From: a virus
IMG/VR virus record: IMGVR_UViG_3300043399_001092
Span: 15,320-79,319 of that record
DNA length: 64,000 nucleotides
Direction: 5' to 3' (one strand)
Below the pieces are notes generated by a model, which was not told the DNA's origin, made no database searches, and was given only the letters and a program-made list of their open reading frames with translations. This document shows, in pieces, positions 1-10,816 of the stretch. Both the position numbers and the translations under genes were made by a program. Numbering within the stretch: the first letter of the stretch is position 1; the number at the start of each line of letters is the position of its first letter.

Positions 1-2924
1 GCAGATAGTTCGCCGGTGGATGACCAAACGTTGAATCGCTTAAAGCTATCAGCACCATTCTTGTAAATCTTGGGATCACCGGTAAATATAAAAGACTGTT
101 CAATGTTTCCGGCCAACGTGTTAACCGAATACAATCGAGAAATTACTTTAATAGCTTCTTCATAAATTTGATCCTGTTGTGTTTTAGGATCAAACTTGTA
201 TTTTTCAATTACCTCTTTTTTTACATCGTTCCAAATAGCGTTACTAATACCGACCGGCATAGAAACACCTCCAACTTCTACTTTTCTGTATATACCTGAA
301 CTCTTTATGTACTCATGCTCATTTTCAAAATGCTTCATTGCGCCCTTGTACAACTTATCGAGTTCTTGTTTGAACTCTTTTGAGTTTTTGTCTACTACAC
401 GTCCGTCCTTTACCAGGTTATCGTAGTTTACAAAAGCTCCAAAAAGACTATCCTCGTTTAAGGCTGTACTCAAATACTGAATATCAGAAGGACGATAAGC
501 TAAACTTTTTGCTTCTTCATAAAGATAATCTGCAAAAAACGACTTGAAAGAACTTTCAAATTCTTTAAGGCCAATGTCTTCTATCATAAGGTTTTTAGAA
601 ATCTTTCCGGCGGCTTTAGGTATTTCAAGTTGCACGGAGTAAAGAACACTTCTATCAGAGTGCTTTACCGCTTGGTAGTGAGTTACACTTGAATTTAGCA
701 ACTGGTTGATATAAGTAGAAAACAGGGTTGTTTCTTCAACCTCCGAAAGATCCTGTGCTACTGACTTGTCTTTTGTTTGAATACCTTGGTTCACGTTCAA
801 ACGTATCTTTCCTCCAGTCTGTAACATTCTTTTAAGCCAAGAACTGTTTGTAAAACCCCAAGATTCTAAATGCGGAAGTTTAGCTTTTAGTAAATTGAAC
901 TTCTGCGACAAAGAAAGATTGGGAGTTTTGTTTATTTCTTCAACAGCGGAATTTAACTCATTGACCATTTGGGTCATGTAGTTGTTCAGAGCAATACCGT
1001 AAACCCGTTCTCCCCCGGCTGTTACCATGGAGCTTTCTGTAATAACCCCTGTAGACAATATCTGATCAGCAATAATTTTAGCCGCCTTGTCAATAGGGAA
1101 AGTATTAAAAGCTGCGTTTGAAAACATTTTCAACAAGTCAGCTTTTTTAGCAGGATCACCTCCTATTTCTTTTACAACAGCATCGTTTATTATCTTAAGC
1201 TGATCACGAAATCTTGTTTTTTCCTCATCGTTTTGCAATAGGTCATAAAAGCTTCTAAGGCCAAAAGCATCTACGTACTTTTCACCAACCACCTCCTTTG
1301 CGGTAGTAAATCCTTTCATTATCTTGAAGAACTCTTCAACGCCGCCTTTTTCGTTAATCGAGTTTATCAATCGGGTTGACATTTCAGCAGCCGACTTCTG
1401 CAACCTTGCATATTTAGAGGAATCAATAATTTTTACATATCCGCCTTCGTACTCTGTCACCAACATGTTGTACCTGGTATTGGTGTACTGTACAATAAAC
1501 TGAATACGGTTGTACATGGCAGCATCTTTTAGGTTGCTACCATCTTTTCCTCCAAGTACTTGAATCAACTTTGAAATAGCCGGGCCATAGGTTTTGTTAT
1601 TTGACAGTTCCTCCAGTTTATTAAACACCGCTTCATCTGTAGCCAGTGTACCGGCAAGATTCTCGTTCAAGAAGTTGGAAAGCTCTACCCAGTTAAAGCT
1701 CCGGGTCATTCCATATCTTGAAGTGTCGTTTGTGTTCTCAATAGCCGACAGGATAATCCTAACCGCTGTCTTTACACGGGAGTTGGGATCTATTTCAAAA
1801 GACGCTTTGTCAAAAGCAGCCCCTTCACTTTGTCCATCTGGTGTAGTTTCCTCTACTTCCTTGTTTTCATCCGCCGGTTTTGTCAAAGGTTGTCCATCTG
1901 TATCCAGAACATCATCTTCGTTTTCTTGCACTTGAACAAAGCTAAGTTGCTTACTCAACAGTTCAGCATGTTGCTTATACTTGGCAAGTATCTTGCTCTT
2001 TGACTTGTCCGGTTGCATCAAGTCATTTTTCAATGCCAAGTAAAACCAAGCCTTGTCCTTTTCAAAAGAAGTGAGTTCGTTATACGACTTTCTTTTTTCA
2101 AGGTAATCAGTCAAACCAAGTTGCTTTTCAATCTCCTTCAGCGTTTTATTGACAACAACTCCTTCGTTCATTTCTTTCTTACCTTCAAGAATATCTGACA
2201 AGTTACCACCTGTCATAATACCTTCAATGTAGTTACGATGCATCAGTTCAATAACCGGAGCAAAGTCATCATATAGTACATCAATAGACTGACCTTTGAA
2301 CTCCAGTTTGATACTCTTTGATTTTTGAAAAGCATTGGTGACTGGTCTTGAAACATACCCTCCCTTGTTCATCATGTCATAGATACGCTCAATCTCCGAC
2401 GGCTTAGCTCCGGTGATATACTTGAGCATCTTGGCCAGTTGATCAAACAGTTTCTGGAGGAACGTCCTGGGCTTAGGTTCACCCAGGACAAAGTTTGCAA
2501 ACTCATCCGCAAAGTACTCCTCGATCAACACGTCTTCGTTATTACCGTACTCTGCTCGGTACGGTTCAATCAACTGTTTCCAGTTCTTGTTGGTCTTGAG
2601 TTCCCTTACAGCAGCCTCTCGTTCTTGTGCCGTTAAAGCCCCCTGCCATACCCTGTGGAAGGTTTCGTGGTACACGGTGGAGGTAGTAGCCAGGTCGGAC
2701 AAAAGAATCGTTCCATCGGCATTTAATTGACCTATAGCCCTATCTTCTATTAGCCCTTTGACAAACCCTATCTGGGAATCCGTCATCCCGGTTATGCGCC
2801 GTAGTTCTTCTTTGGCAAACGATTGATCAACCACCTTAGCGGATGCTATCTTACCATCCTTGATGAGTTTGAGCATTTCTCCACGGGAGTATTCGTTGCC
2901 ATTATAAACGTATCTACAAGACAT
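1..2924 (-). CDS. Large virion protein with N-terminal zincin metalloprotease motif, probable crAss-like virion RNA polymerase (3'-partial, runs off window start; absent from ORF track)
   Basis: ATG at 2924 overlaps the stop of the upstream giant gene. Manual translation MSCRYVYNG...TVYHETFHRVW...LIEEYFADEF gives HExxH plus a downstream Glu. The same frame near position 1 reads EQSFIFTGDPKIYKNGADSFKR, resembling my recollection of a motif in crAss-like virion RNAPs. Only the two ends were translated; the catalytic motif lies outside the window. Confidence 0.75.
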   Translation of the reverse strand, partial: MSCRYVYNGNEYSRGEMLKLIKDGKIASAKVVDQSFAKEELRRITGMTDSQIGFVKGLIEDRAIGQLNADGTILLSDLATTSTVYHETFHRVWQGALTAQEREAAVRELKTNKNWKQLIEPYRAEYGNNEDVLIEEYFADEFANFVLGEPKPRTFLQKLFDQLAKMLKYITGAKPSEIERIYDMMNKGGYVSRPVTNAFQKSKSIKLEFKGQSIDVLYDDFAPVIELMHRNYIEGIMTGGNLSDILEGKKEMNEGVVVNKTLKEIEKQLGLTDYLEKRKSYNELTSFEKDKAWFYLALKNDLMQPDKSKSKILAKYKQHAELLSKQLSFVQVQENEDDVLDTDGQPLTKPADENKEVEETTPDGQSEGAAFDKASFEIDPNSRVKTAVRIILSAIENTNDTSRYGMTRSFNWVELSNFLNENLAGTLATDEAVFNKLEELSNNKTYGPAISKLIQVLGGKDGSNLKDAAMYNRIQFIVQYTNTRYNMLVTEYEGGYVKIIDSSKYARLQKSAAEMSTRLINSINEKGGVEEFFKIMKGFTTAKEVVGEKYVDAFGLRSFYDLLQNDEEKTRFRDQLKIINDAVVKEIGGDPAKKADLLKMFSNAAFNTFPIDKAAKIIADQILSTGVITESSMVTAGGERVYGIALNNYMTQMVNELNSAVEEINKTPNLSLSQKFNLLKAKLPHLESWGFTNSSWLKRMLQTGGKIRLNVNQGIQTKDKSVAQDLSEVEETTLFSTYINQLLNSSVTHYQAVKHSDRSVLYSVQLEIPKAAGKISKNLMIEDIGLKEFESSFKSFFADYLYEEAKSLAYRPSDIQYLSTALNEDSLFGAFVNYDNLVKDGRVVDKNSKEFKQELDKLYKGAMKHFENEHEYIKSSGIYRKVEVGGVSMPVGISNAIWNDVKKEVIEKYKFDPKTQQDQIYEEAIKVISRLYSVNTLAGNIEQSFIFTGDPKIYKNGADSFKRFNVWSSTGELS

Positions 2925-5900
2925 TAGAAACAGTTTTTGGTTACTTGATTGGTTTCCTCAAGGTTCTTGAGTATCGATCGAGCTTGATCAACATCAATAA
3001 TCTTATTTGACTTCTTGTTTGATTCTGAAGGCTTTTCGGAAACTCCTATATAAACACTTGTTTTGTTGGCATGGTTTGTTACATTGTTTAAATAAGAATT
3101 ATTTACCGACTCTCCATCAAAAACTTTTTCTGCATCATTTCTTTGATTTGAATATATTAAAGGAATAGCTTCCAAAAATCTTTCTTTTGATTTTTCCGGT
3201 ATTTCGTTGACATATATATTAAGCAGCAAAGACATTGTTGCTTGAGCCGATTTTTCTATATCCAGTAAATCTTTAGATTCATTAATGCCAAAAGTGTTTC
3301 TGGTTTTTTGATCTACTGAAGAAAGTCTTATTTGAGTTACTCCAATAGAAGGATTTCTATCAATACCCAGCTCTATTGCTCCTAATTGAGCAATGTCGGT
3401 AACTCTTCCAAATTGACCTCTGAGTCCTCCATAACTACCAAAAGAAGACTCTTGCCCAAATATACCATAAGCAACTTTTGCAATTTGATTATAAACATCG
3501 TTTGAAACAGTCGGATACAGTTTCATTAACGCAGGTTTACTTTCAGACAATGTTTGCAAATACTCTTTTCCTTTTTCGTTTACATTAGCCGCTTTAATTG
3601 TTATAGGTATTGGTTCGTAGTTAGTAATTGTTCTATTGACATCTTTATCACTTGACTTAAATCTAATTTCGCCATCTTCAATTACAAATTCATTATGAGG
3701 ATTATCTGGAAGAATATAGACAACGCCCTCTTCGGCAAAACCGCTTTCCCAAAGATTTTCTAAATCGTCCAAGTTAAAATTTAAACACCCGTTACTTAAA
3801 CGATTATTTGAATAATCTTTATCCGAAATTGCAGTTCTTCTTGCCGCGTTTGTAACTTTATGAATAGCCATAGGTACTGCAATACCTCTTTCATTCTTTA
3901 AATAAAAAGCTTTATCTCCATGATAAGTTCCTCTTTTACTAACTGTAAAAATACCGGCTCCTGTTTTTTTATTACCTTCCGTCCAATTTGTTTTTGAACT
4001 GTATCCTTTTTTAAGATAGCTTACTCCATCTTTTTGATAAGTGGCTTCGTTTGCAGAAACTTGTTTTCCGTTTTTGTCAAAAAAGATAGACTTTAAAACA
4101 GTTTGTTCGTCTCCAACGTTTTCTCCAACTCCTATTTCATAACTGGTTATCAAAGAATCTCCTTCATACAAATGAGCGATCCCTACAGACTTATCTACAA
4201 TAATGTACTTGCCGGACTTGTTCTTTTGATAATTAGTAATTGCGTTTACGTTGCCAAGTTTATTTATTTCTTCTTGGTCAAGAAGTGTTTTTTCAAAAGA
4301 CTTTAGATTTTCAATATTTGCGGTCCGGTATGTAAAAACATTTTCTCCAGAAGGAAACCTAAAGCTTCCCGCTGTAAATAATGTAGAAATAATGAAAATA
4401 TTAAGAAGCAAACTTTTTATTTTGGCTGCAACTTTTTGAAGCAGTGTTCTTTCTTTACCTTGTGATTTTTCTTTTAGCTGCCGCAAAACTTCTTTTTTTA
4501 TAGCTTCTTTTACATCTTCTTTTTTAATATTTTCAGAATCAGAAATTTGTTGTATTTCAGATTCAGAAACGTTTTCTTCTATAAGATTATCTATTCCGCT
4601 AACATCAACCTGTTCTTCTTTTTGATTAACGGGTTCAGCAGAAAGCCCTTCAGGTTGAGGTGCTACCGGCTGCTCTTCAACATCAAGGTCAGACAAAGGA
4701 TCTATTTCATCCCGTTCCATCTTTTTTTCCTCTTCGCTTTTTTTCTTTATTACAAACTCCTCTTCTTCTTCTTGAGGTTCTGCACTTGGAGCAACACTTT
4801 TTGAAATAGCTGCTGCTGCATTTTGAGCATTGATGTTGTTCTCATCAACATCGTCCGGTATATCACCAGGCTCATCTTGTGACTTACCTTCAGTTGAAGG
4901 TGCAGCTTCTGGTGCTGCCGGGGCAGCGGCCGGAGGAGTAGGTTTTGGTTGATTTTCTACTCTTTTTTTGTAAGCCTCTACAAACTTTGCCTTTCTTTCA
5001 TCTTTGTTTTTGTTCCATTCATTTTTAGATTCGTATGTAGAAATATTTGGATAAAAAGTGCCAATAAAATAAGTGTAATCTGTAAATGGAAAAAAACCAT
5101 TTGGGTCATATAACTCAGTTGTTTCATCGTCGACAACAAGTGCCAAGTTGTCATTATACACTCTTATTAAAGGTCTATTTTTTTCAATGAAAAATACATT
5201 AATGTAAAATGTTACTGTATTACCCCCCGCGTTTATTTCAAACTTTAAGCCTTCAAAATTATCTCCATCTTTAATGTTTTCAATTTCTTGTTGACTAAAG
5301 CCAAATCTTTTTAATAAAAATTTTACACTATTAAGATTTTTCAAAGCCTTTTCAGAGTATTCTTTAAAATATTCATCTCCGTATTTTTCAGAAGTTTTAG
5401 CCTGTTCATTATTAACCGATTGTTCATTTTGACTACCTGTGACAGTAGATGTAGAAACAGGCGGTGTTGTGGGCGAAGACTGACTTGAAGTTTCAGTTTT
5501 TTTAGATGACTTTCTTTTGTTTGCTCTTTCTTTAATTACGCTGGTTAAGTTGGAAGGATCAATGACTAAGTTAGATTGAACAAAAGGCTTGTCTTTCTGA
5601 ATACGAGCTTCCAAGACATCGTCAAGAAGTTGTTTCGAATAGTTAACGTCTTTACGCAACTTGATTATTCCTTTTTCAAGAAAAGGAATATCTACGTTTT
5701 TACCAAGAAGTTTTTTGTTTACATAGAAATACCTCTTTTGTAAATGCTCCTTAAAGTTCTCAACCGCTTTCTTTTCTACCTCGGTTCTTTCCTTTTCTGG
5801 TTTGCGAAGTACCTCTGCGGATATACTGGAGGGTTTCTTATTAGCACCCTCCTTGTAATAAATAGTATCTCCCTTTTTGTACAGCTCAAATACGTTAGAA

Positions 5901-8900
5901 GAACGCTTACCAACATTGATCAGTGTTGCAAGAAGTTCGGCAACCGGAACTTTTTCTATCTGCGTTTCTTCGGTTGACATTAAGTACATAACCGTTTCCG
6001 CCTCTTTTTCTGTCAACGTTCGTTGATGAAGAATAAGCGGAGGTGCGTTCTGAACAACGTAGTAAGGAGTGCCGGGTTTCATCTTGTATATTCTTCCGCC
6101 GACACTAACTTCACCTTCAGAAACTCCAAGGTTCTGTAAGTAAAACTCCTTGTTTTTATCGTTTTGATACCAAGCAAAAATATCCTTTACTCGATACCCT
6201 TTGCCTCCTTTTACACGATTATAGTGCTTTGATCCTATTGGATTATTTGCATCAAGAGATAGTACAAACTCTCCCTCGGCAGTTATTTTTTCTGTGATGG
6301 CATCTATGAAATCCGTATAGTTTTCAATAGCCTTTTGCAGCTCCTCTCCCTTAAGACCAATTTTGCTTTCAAGGTTCTTCGTAGAACGAAATGAAGTAAA
6401 AGCAATCTTGTTGCTACCAAGACCTCTGAACAGTTTACCGGTTTCTTTATTTCTGATGAACACATAAACACCTGTCATCTTTTCTTCTTCAGAAATAACA
6501 GCACCTCTTTTTCTATCAAAGTCAATGGAGCTATCAATAGCTTCCTTCATTTCATCTGTGGCAGTAGCATAGGTTACAGCAACATAATTGTTTGCACCCA
6601 AGTGACTCTGCATATCACCCTTGTTCTTTTTTGCAGCCGAGTTTACATAATCAAACCAAGCTTTGGAATAAAGGTTAGGATTCCTTACCAGGTTTCCATC
6701 CTTATCCCGTTTATCAACAGCTCTTCCATTGACCGTATCAAACTCAACGTCTCTACCAGTAAGCAAAAACGGATTGGTCGGTCTTGAGAACAAGTTGCTT
6801 ACAATTTCTTCATCGGCTTCTTTGGTAACTTCATCCTGTTCTTCCTCTTCGGCAAACTTATACATTTCTTCTTTAGCTGCATACAAAGACTCAAGTCTTA
6901 TTTTAGTAAGAATCTCGTTGTGCCTTTTGATTCTACCAAAGAGTTCACCAAAGGCAACAGCCTCTTCTTTTTTCAGCTCGTTTATCTCTTTGGCAATAGC
7001 ATCAAATTTTTCTTGAGCTTCCTTTTGTAGTCTTTTGTAGTAAGTTGACTTTCCGATTGCAGAACTCCTTTCCGCTTGAAGATCCCAAAGTTCTCCAACT
7101 TGTTCTTTGGTCCTTTCTTTGGGAGCAATAGAACGAAGTTCATTCAACCGCTGATTTATTTCCTCAACTCGCTTGGTTATCTCATCAACATTGTTGATAA
7201 TGGATTTCAATCGATCACCTTGTTCAGTAAGCTGTTTTTCAAGATCCTCCAGTTTACCTAAGGCATCGGTAAATATGTTGTAGTACTCTTGGTTTTCAAG
7301 AAGTATGTTTTGGTAAGTTATGTTTTTATTTATCTCAAGAGCCAACAGTTTCTTTATAGTATTTATTTTATTAACCTGGTCGTCCTCTACATTCATTGCT
7401 TCTCTTACTAAAGAAAGCATTAGTCGCTCTTGTTCTTCAGAAAGCTGTTTCTCGGCTTCTTGCTCCAAGCCTATTTCCAAAGCTTCTAATCGTTCTCGAT
7501 ACTTTTTTAGGAAGTTCAGCTCTCTTTCAGCTTGACCAAAGGATGACTTAAGAGTTCTCAGACTCTTGTTGTCTTCTTTTATTTCACTCAAAGCCTTATT
7601 GTAGGACTCGTATAAATCAGCCGCCGCTTTCCTTGCTTCAGAAAGTTTGTTTAGAATACGCTCTATCTTAGTGTTAGCCTTATCTATTCGAGTTTCTTTA
7701 TTCCGGGCAGTAAGATCATCCTCAAGCGTTTTCAAATCTTCGTTTGCTTTTTTAAGGCTATTCTCGATTTTTTGAATAGCCTCTTCTTTTCTGGACTTCT
7801 CTTTTTCAAATTTCTTTGTAAGAGCGTCAGTTGCCTTTTGAGCTTTATTAAGACTTAACTCAAGAGCATTCAGATTATCCTGTCTTTGCTCAATTTCGTT
7901 GTCTAACCTTATCATCATTTCTTTTCTCATCAGCTCCGCTTCACCCCTTATACGATCTTCTTTTAGCTTCTTAGACTCTTCCCTATCATAGATAGTAAAA
8001 GCATCAGGTCTCCTTTTAAACACCACCTCTATCGTTTCTGGTGACGTTTCAAAGTCCTCTATGTTCTTTCGAACAACGGTTTCTTTTCCTTTTGAGTCCT
8101 TTTCTTTGTAGAGAAGCGGTATTTGTTTTACAGACTTAGTGGCCGGATCCCAATTAAAAACGGCTGTCTTCCCTTCGTCTGTAAAGTACAGCTTACCATC
8201 TTTTCTCCAAAGAAGAAAGCGAACATCGTTGAAGTCAACATGAACTTCGTCAAAGTCTTCTTTGTAATCAATACCCTTTTTGTCAAACAACTTGTTGAGG
8301 TATTCTGGATCATCAACCGCTTGTCTAAGACGTTCCTCCTCAGACATCCCATATTTACCCTCGTTGTTCTTAAAGTCGTTGAACTCTTTCAACAACTTGT
8401 TGTTGTCAAACAGCTCATTGTAGCTTTTAACCGTTTCCTTGTACATATCGTCCAAGTGCTTCTTCCGATCTTTCTTTTCGGAAAGCTCTTGTTCCAGTTG
8501 AGGATTTACCCGGTTAGCTTCTTTGTTGCGCTCTACTTCAGCTTCGGTCCTTTTAATCTCATCATCAATGTTCTTGAGCGCATTGTCATAGTAGTCCATT
8601 TGTGCACCGACATTCATCTTGTCGGCCATCACCAAATGCCGGAACATCATCTTCTCATCTGCTGTTCCGGGTTCTTCATCCAAGAAAGACGTCGTACTAT
8701 GATTGGTATTTTCGATAATCCGCCGTTGCTTGGATAGTCTTTCAACCTTATCTATAAGGCGCATCTTCTCTTGAGTAAGAAAGAAGTTGTCCGCCTTTGT
8801 ATTCTCACTGTACATCTTTTCCACAATCTGATCGACGTGAGCTTTGAATATCTCTACGCCACCTTCAGTGCTGATGTACGGGGAAAGTAAGAACGCCTCC

Positions 8901-10813
8901 CGGTTGTTCTTTACACCCTCCAAATGAACTCTCTCTTCTTGGGTGATAGTACCGTTTGCTTCTTTTTCAGAAAGAAAAGCTTCAGCCAAAGCGTTCATCG
9001 ACATCATCTTTGTCAACTCTTCACTTGCTCCGGCTACCGCTTTTATTTTTTCTTGGTCCAGTACATACTGACCGTTTTCATCAAACTCAAAGTTTCCATT
9101 CTCGTCCTTCTTCAGCAGTTCACCATAAGGAATAGTGTTGGCCTTTACCATTTCAGTAAAGTAGTTCACCATACCCTTTGAAGGAGCTTTCTCTTTCCTC
9201 CCGGTAATACGATCAAGGGTTCTCCCGGCAAACTCACTACCAAGAAACTTACCTCTCTTTTGAGTACCAGGAGAACCGAACAGTGCCTCCTCTTCAGCCC
9301 TCAAATCTCCTCCAGTGCCTATTGCAGAAGCACCACCTCCAAGTATACCGCCCAAGGCAACTGCTTCGTAGAACTCACGAGAGGACTCCGTAGATTCAAG
9401 TTCAGTTAAGTTCTGCAAATACTTCTCTCCAACAGCAAACAAGTTACCCGGAATGTTCCAAGGGTTGTTCAGTTCGCCTTTCATAGCAGATTCTGTAAAG
9501 TACTGCTCTGTAGAAGTTTGCATACCTTCTTGAAAACCTTCAGAAATACCATTAATGGCAGCGTTCTTAGCGTAGATACCCAAGTTTTCCTTAAGGGTTC
9601 GTTTGGCAATACCTTTGGATGTACGTTCACCCTCACGTATTACGGTTGCCGCTAAATCATCGGCTGCTCCCCTTGCTACTCCTTCAGCAGTACCTTCAGC
9701 AACTTCTCCGGCGGCCCTCTGTTCAAGTTCTACACCCACTTGTTCAGCCGCTTCACCAACCGCTGCTCTTTCAACACCTTCAGCAGCTACACCCTCTGCA
9801 ACACCTTCTACAGCTTCTTTAGCTGCACCTTTAGCTCCGGCCGTTACCGGTGCATCATCAAAGAACTTTAGTCCAGACATCCGTCTGGATATATTAGCCT
9901 GGGTGTCAAAACCTCTAAAAACGTATTTCTCCATTATGGTATTGGACAAGGCCAATATACCCACGTTAGCACTAAATACGTTTGAGGCTGCGTTACCGGC
10001 TATCTTGTTTGCATCTTCCTCGGAGTAACCTTTATTGATCAACTCCTGTCTAAGGTTCATGTACGTGTTGTTGGCCTCGGCAGAAGATTCAATGATTGTA
10101 TTAGCAAATACGTTCATTATACTCTGTGCCCTATTAGCGGCCACTTGACTCTGACTGATGGTTTGCATCGTCCGAGCAAATTTACCCAGTCCAGAAGTCG
10201 ATAGACGAGATCCTGCGGCCAACATTTCAGCAGCTTGGGTAGTACCACCCAGTGCTTCTGCTCCCCGAGCAAGTGCTCCGGCAGTACCGGTAAGAAGTCT
10301 TCCGGCTTTTACGGTGTTCATTAAGAAACCGCCACCCATCATCCCTACCATGAAACCAATACCATCGGCACCGGTAGTACCCCACCAAGCCGAATCTGTT
10401 AGCTTACCTATGATACCACCTTCCTGTACGGCCGTGGAAACATAAGTAGGAAGGTACTCTTGGTTGATGTTGTTCATACCCTCTTGAATAGAGGATATCC
10501 AAGCGTTGTCCCAACCGTTACCGGTCATACCGGTACCCGCCGCAACCAGGTATCCGGGTGTGGATAGTACTTCTGCAACAGCTCTGGTTGCAACACGACC
10601 AACACCTTTAAGCAAATTACCTACCGCACTTTGGCTTTCGTAAGCTAATTGATTAAGGGTTTCTTGATCGTACGGAAGTGGATTTGTTGTACCAAGATAC
10701 TCCTGTATCTCCTTATAGTTTTCGGGAGCTACTGATTCAGCAATACCAGAAGCTTTGTAATAAGAAGATTGTACAGGTGTACCAGTACCGTAAATATTAT
10801 CATCACCAGGCAT
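2924..10813 (-). CDS. Giant virion cargo/ejection protein (2629 aa) with C-terminal L,D-transpeptidase-like and lysozyme/transglycosylase-like domains
   Basis: Gly/Ala-rich hydrophobic N-terminus, long coiled coil, hydrophobic segment LLLNIFIISTLFTAG, then YIIVDKS...MAIH...RLSNGCLNF (YkuD-like) and GQESSFG...SIGVTQIR (lysozyme-like). Confidence 0.8.
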   Translation of the reverse strand: MPGDDNIYGTGTPVQSSYYKASGIAESVAPENYKEIQEYLGTTNPLPYDQETLNQLAYESQSAVGNLLKGVGRVATRAVAEVLSTPGYLVAAGTGMTGNGWDNAWISSIQEGMNNINQEYLPTYVSTAVQEGGIIGKLTDSAWWGTTGADGIGFMVGMMGGGFLMNTVKAGRLLTGTAGALARGAEALGGTTQAAEMLAAGSRLSTSGLGKFARTMQTISQSQVAANRAQSIMNVFANTIIESSAEANNTYMNLRQELINKGYSEEDANKIAGNAASNVFSANVGILALSNTIMEKYVFRGFDTQANISRRMSGLKFFDDAPVTAGAKGAAKEAVEGVAEGVAAEGVERAAVGEAAEQVGVELEQRAAGEVAEGTAEGVARGAADDLAATVIREGERTSKGIAKRTLKENLGIYAKNAAINGISEGFQEGMQTSTEQYFTESAMKGELNNPWNIPGNLFAVGEKYLQNLTELESTESSREFYEAVALGGILGGGASAIGTGGDLRAEEEALFGSPGTQKRGKFLGSEFAGRTLDRITGRKEKAPSKGMVNYFTEMVKANTIPYGELLKKDENGNFEFDENGQYVLDQEKIKAVAGASEELTKMMSMNALAEAFLSEKEANGTITQEERVHLEGVKNNREAFLLSPYISTEGGVEIFKAHVDQIVEKMYSENTKADNFFLTQEKMRLIDKVERLSKQRRIIENTNHSTTSFLDEEPGTADEKMMFRHLVMADKMNVGAQMDYYDNALKNIDDEIKRTEAEVERNKEANRVNPQLEQELSEKKDRKKHLDDMYKETVKSYNELFDNNKLLKEFNDFKNNEGKYGMSEEERLRQAVDDPEYLNKLFDKKGIDYKEDFDEVHVDFNDVRFLLWRKDGKLYFTDEGKTAVFNWDPATKSVKQIPLLYKEKDSKGKETVVRKNIEDFETSPETIEVVFKRRPDAFTIYDREESKKLKEDRIRGEAELMRKEMMIRLDNEIEQRQDNLNALELSLNKAQKATDALTKKFEKEKSRKEEAIQKIENSLKKANEDLKTLEDDLTARNKETRIDKANTKIERILNKLSEARKAAADLYESYNKALSEIKEDNKSLRTLKSSFGQAERELNFLKKYRERLEALEIGLEQEAEKQLSEEQERLMLSLVREAMNVEDDQVNKINTIKKLLALEINKNITYQNILLENQEYYNIFTDALGKLEDLEKQLTEQGDRLKSIINNVDEITKRVEEINQRLNELRSIAPKERTKEQVGELWDLQAERSSAIGKSTYYKRLQKEAQEKFDAIAKEINELKKEEAVAFGELFGRIKRHNEILTKIRLESLYAAKEEMYKFAEEEEQDEVTKEADEEIVSNLFSRPTNPFLLTGRDVEFDTVNGRAVDKRDKDGNLVRNPNLYSKAWFDYVNSAAKKNKGDMQSHLGANNYVAVTYATATDEMKEAIDSSIDFDRKRGAVISEEEKMTGVYVFIRNKETGKLFRGLGSNKIAFTSFRSTKNLESKIGLKGEELQKAIENYTDFIDAITEKITAEGEFVLSLDANNPIGSKHYNRVKGGKGYRVKDIFAWYQNDKNKEFYLQNLGVSEGEVSVGGRIYKMKPGTPYYVVQNAPPLILHQRTLTEKEAETVMYLMSTEETQIEKVPVAELLATLINVGKRSSNVFELYKKGDTIYYKEGANKKPSSISAEVLRKPEKERTEVEKKAVENFKEHLQKRYFYVNKKLLGKNVDIPFLEKGIIKLRKDVNYSKQLLDDVLEARIQKDKPFVQSNLVIDPSNLTSVIKERANKRKSSKKTETSSQSSPTTPPVSTSTVTGSQNEQSVNNEQAKTSEKYGDEYFKEYSEKALKNLNSVKFLLKRFGFSQQEIENIKDGDNFEGLKFEINAGGNTVTFYINVFFIEKNRPLIRVYNDNLALVVDDETTELYDPNGFFPFTDYTYFIGTFYPNISTYESKNEWNKNKDERKAKFVEAYKKRVENQPKPTPPAAAPAAPEAAPSTEGKSQDEPGDIPDDVDENNINAQNAAAAISKSVAPSAEPQEEEEEFVIKKKSEEEKKMERDEIDPLSDLDVEEQPVAPQPEGLSAEPVNQKEEQVDVSGIDNLIEENVSESEIQQISDSENIKKEDVKEAIKKEVLRQLKEKSQGKERTLLQKVAAKIKSLLLNIFIISTLFTAGSFRFPSGENVFTYRTANIENLKSFEKTLLDQEEINKLGNVNAITNYQKNKSGKYIIVDKSVGIAHLYEGDSLITSYEIGVGENVGDEQTVLKSIFFDKNGKQVSANEATYQKDGVSYLKKGYSSKTNWTEGNKKTGAGIFTVSKRGTYHGDKAFYLKNERGIAVPMAIHKVTNAARRTAISDKDYSNNRLSNGCLNFNLDDLENLWESGFAEEGVVYILPDNPHNEFVIEDGEIRFKSSDKDVNRTITNYEPIPITIKAANVNEKGKEYLQTLSESKPALMKLYPTVSNDVYNQIAKVAYGIFGQESSFGSYGGLRGQFGRVTDIAQLGAIELGIDRNPSIGVTQIRLSSVDQKTRNTFGINESKDLLDIEKSAQATMSLLLNIYVNEIPEKSKERFLEAIPLIYSNQRNDAEKVFDGESVNNSYLNNVTNHANKTSVYIGVSEKPSESNKKSNKIIDVDQARSILKNLEETNQVTKNCF

Positions 10814-10816
10814 AGA

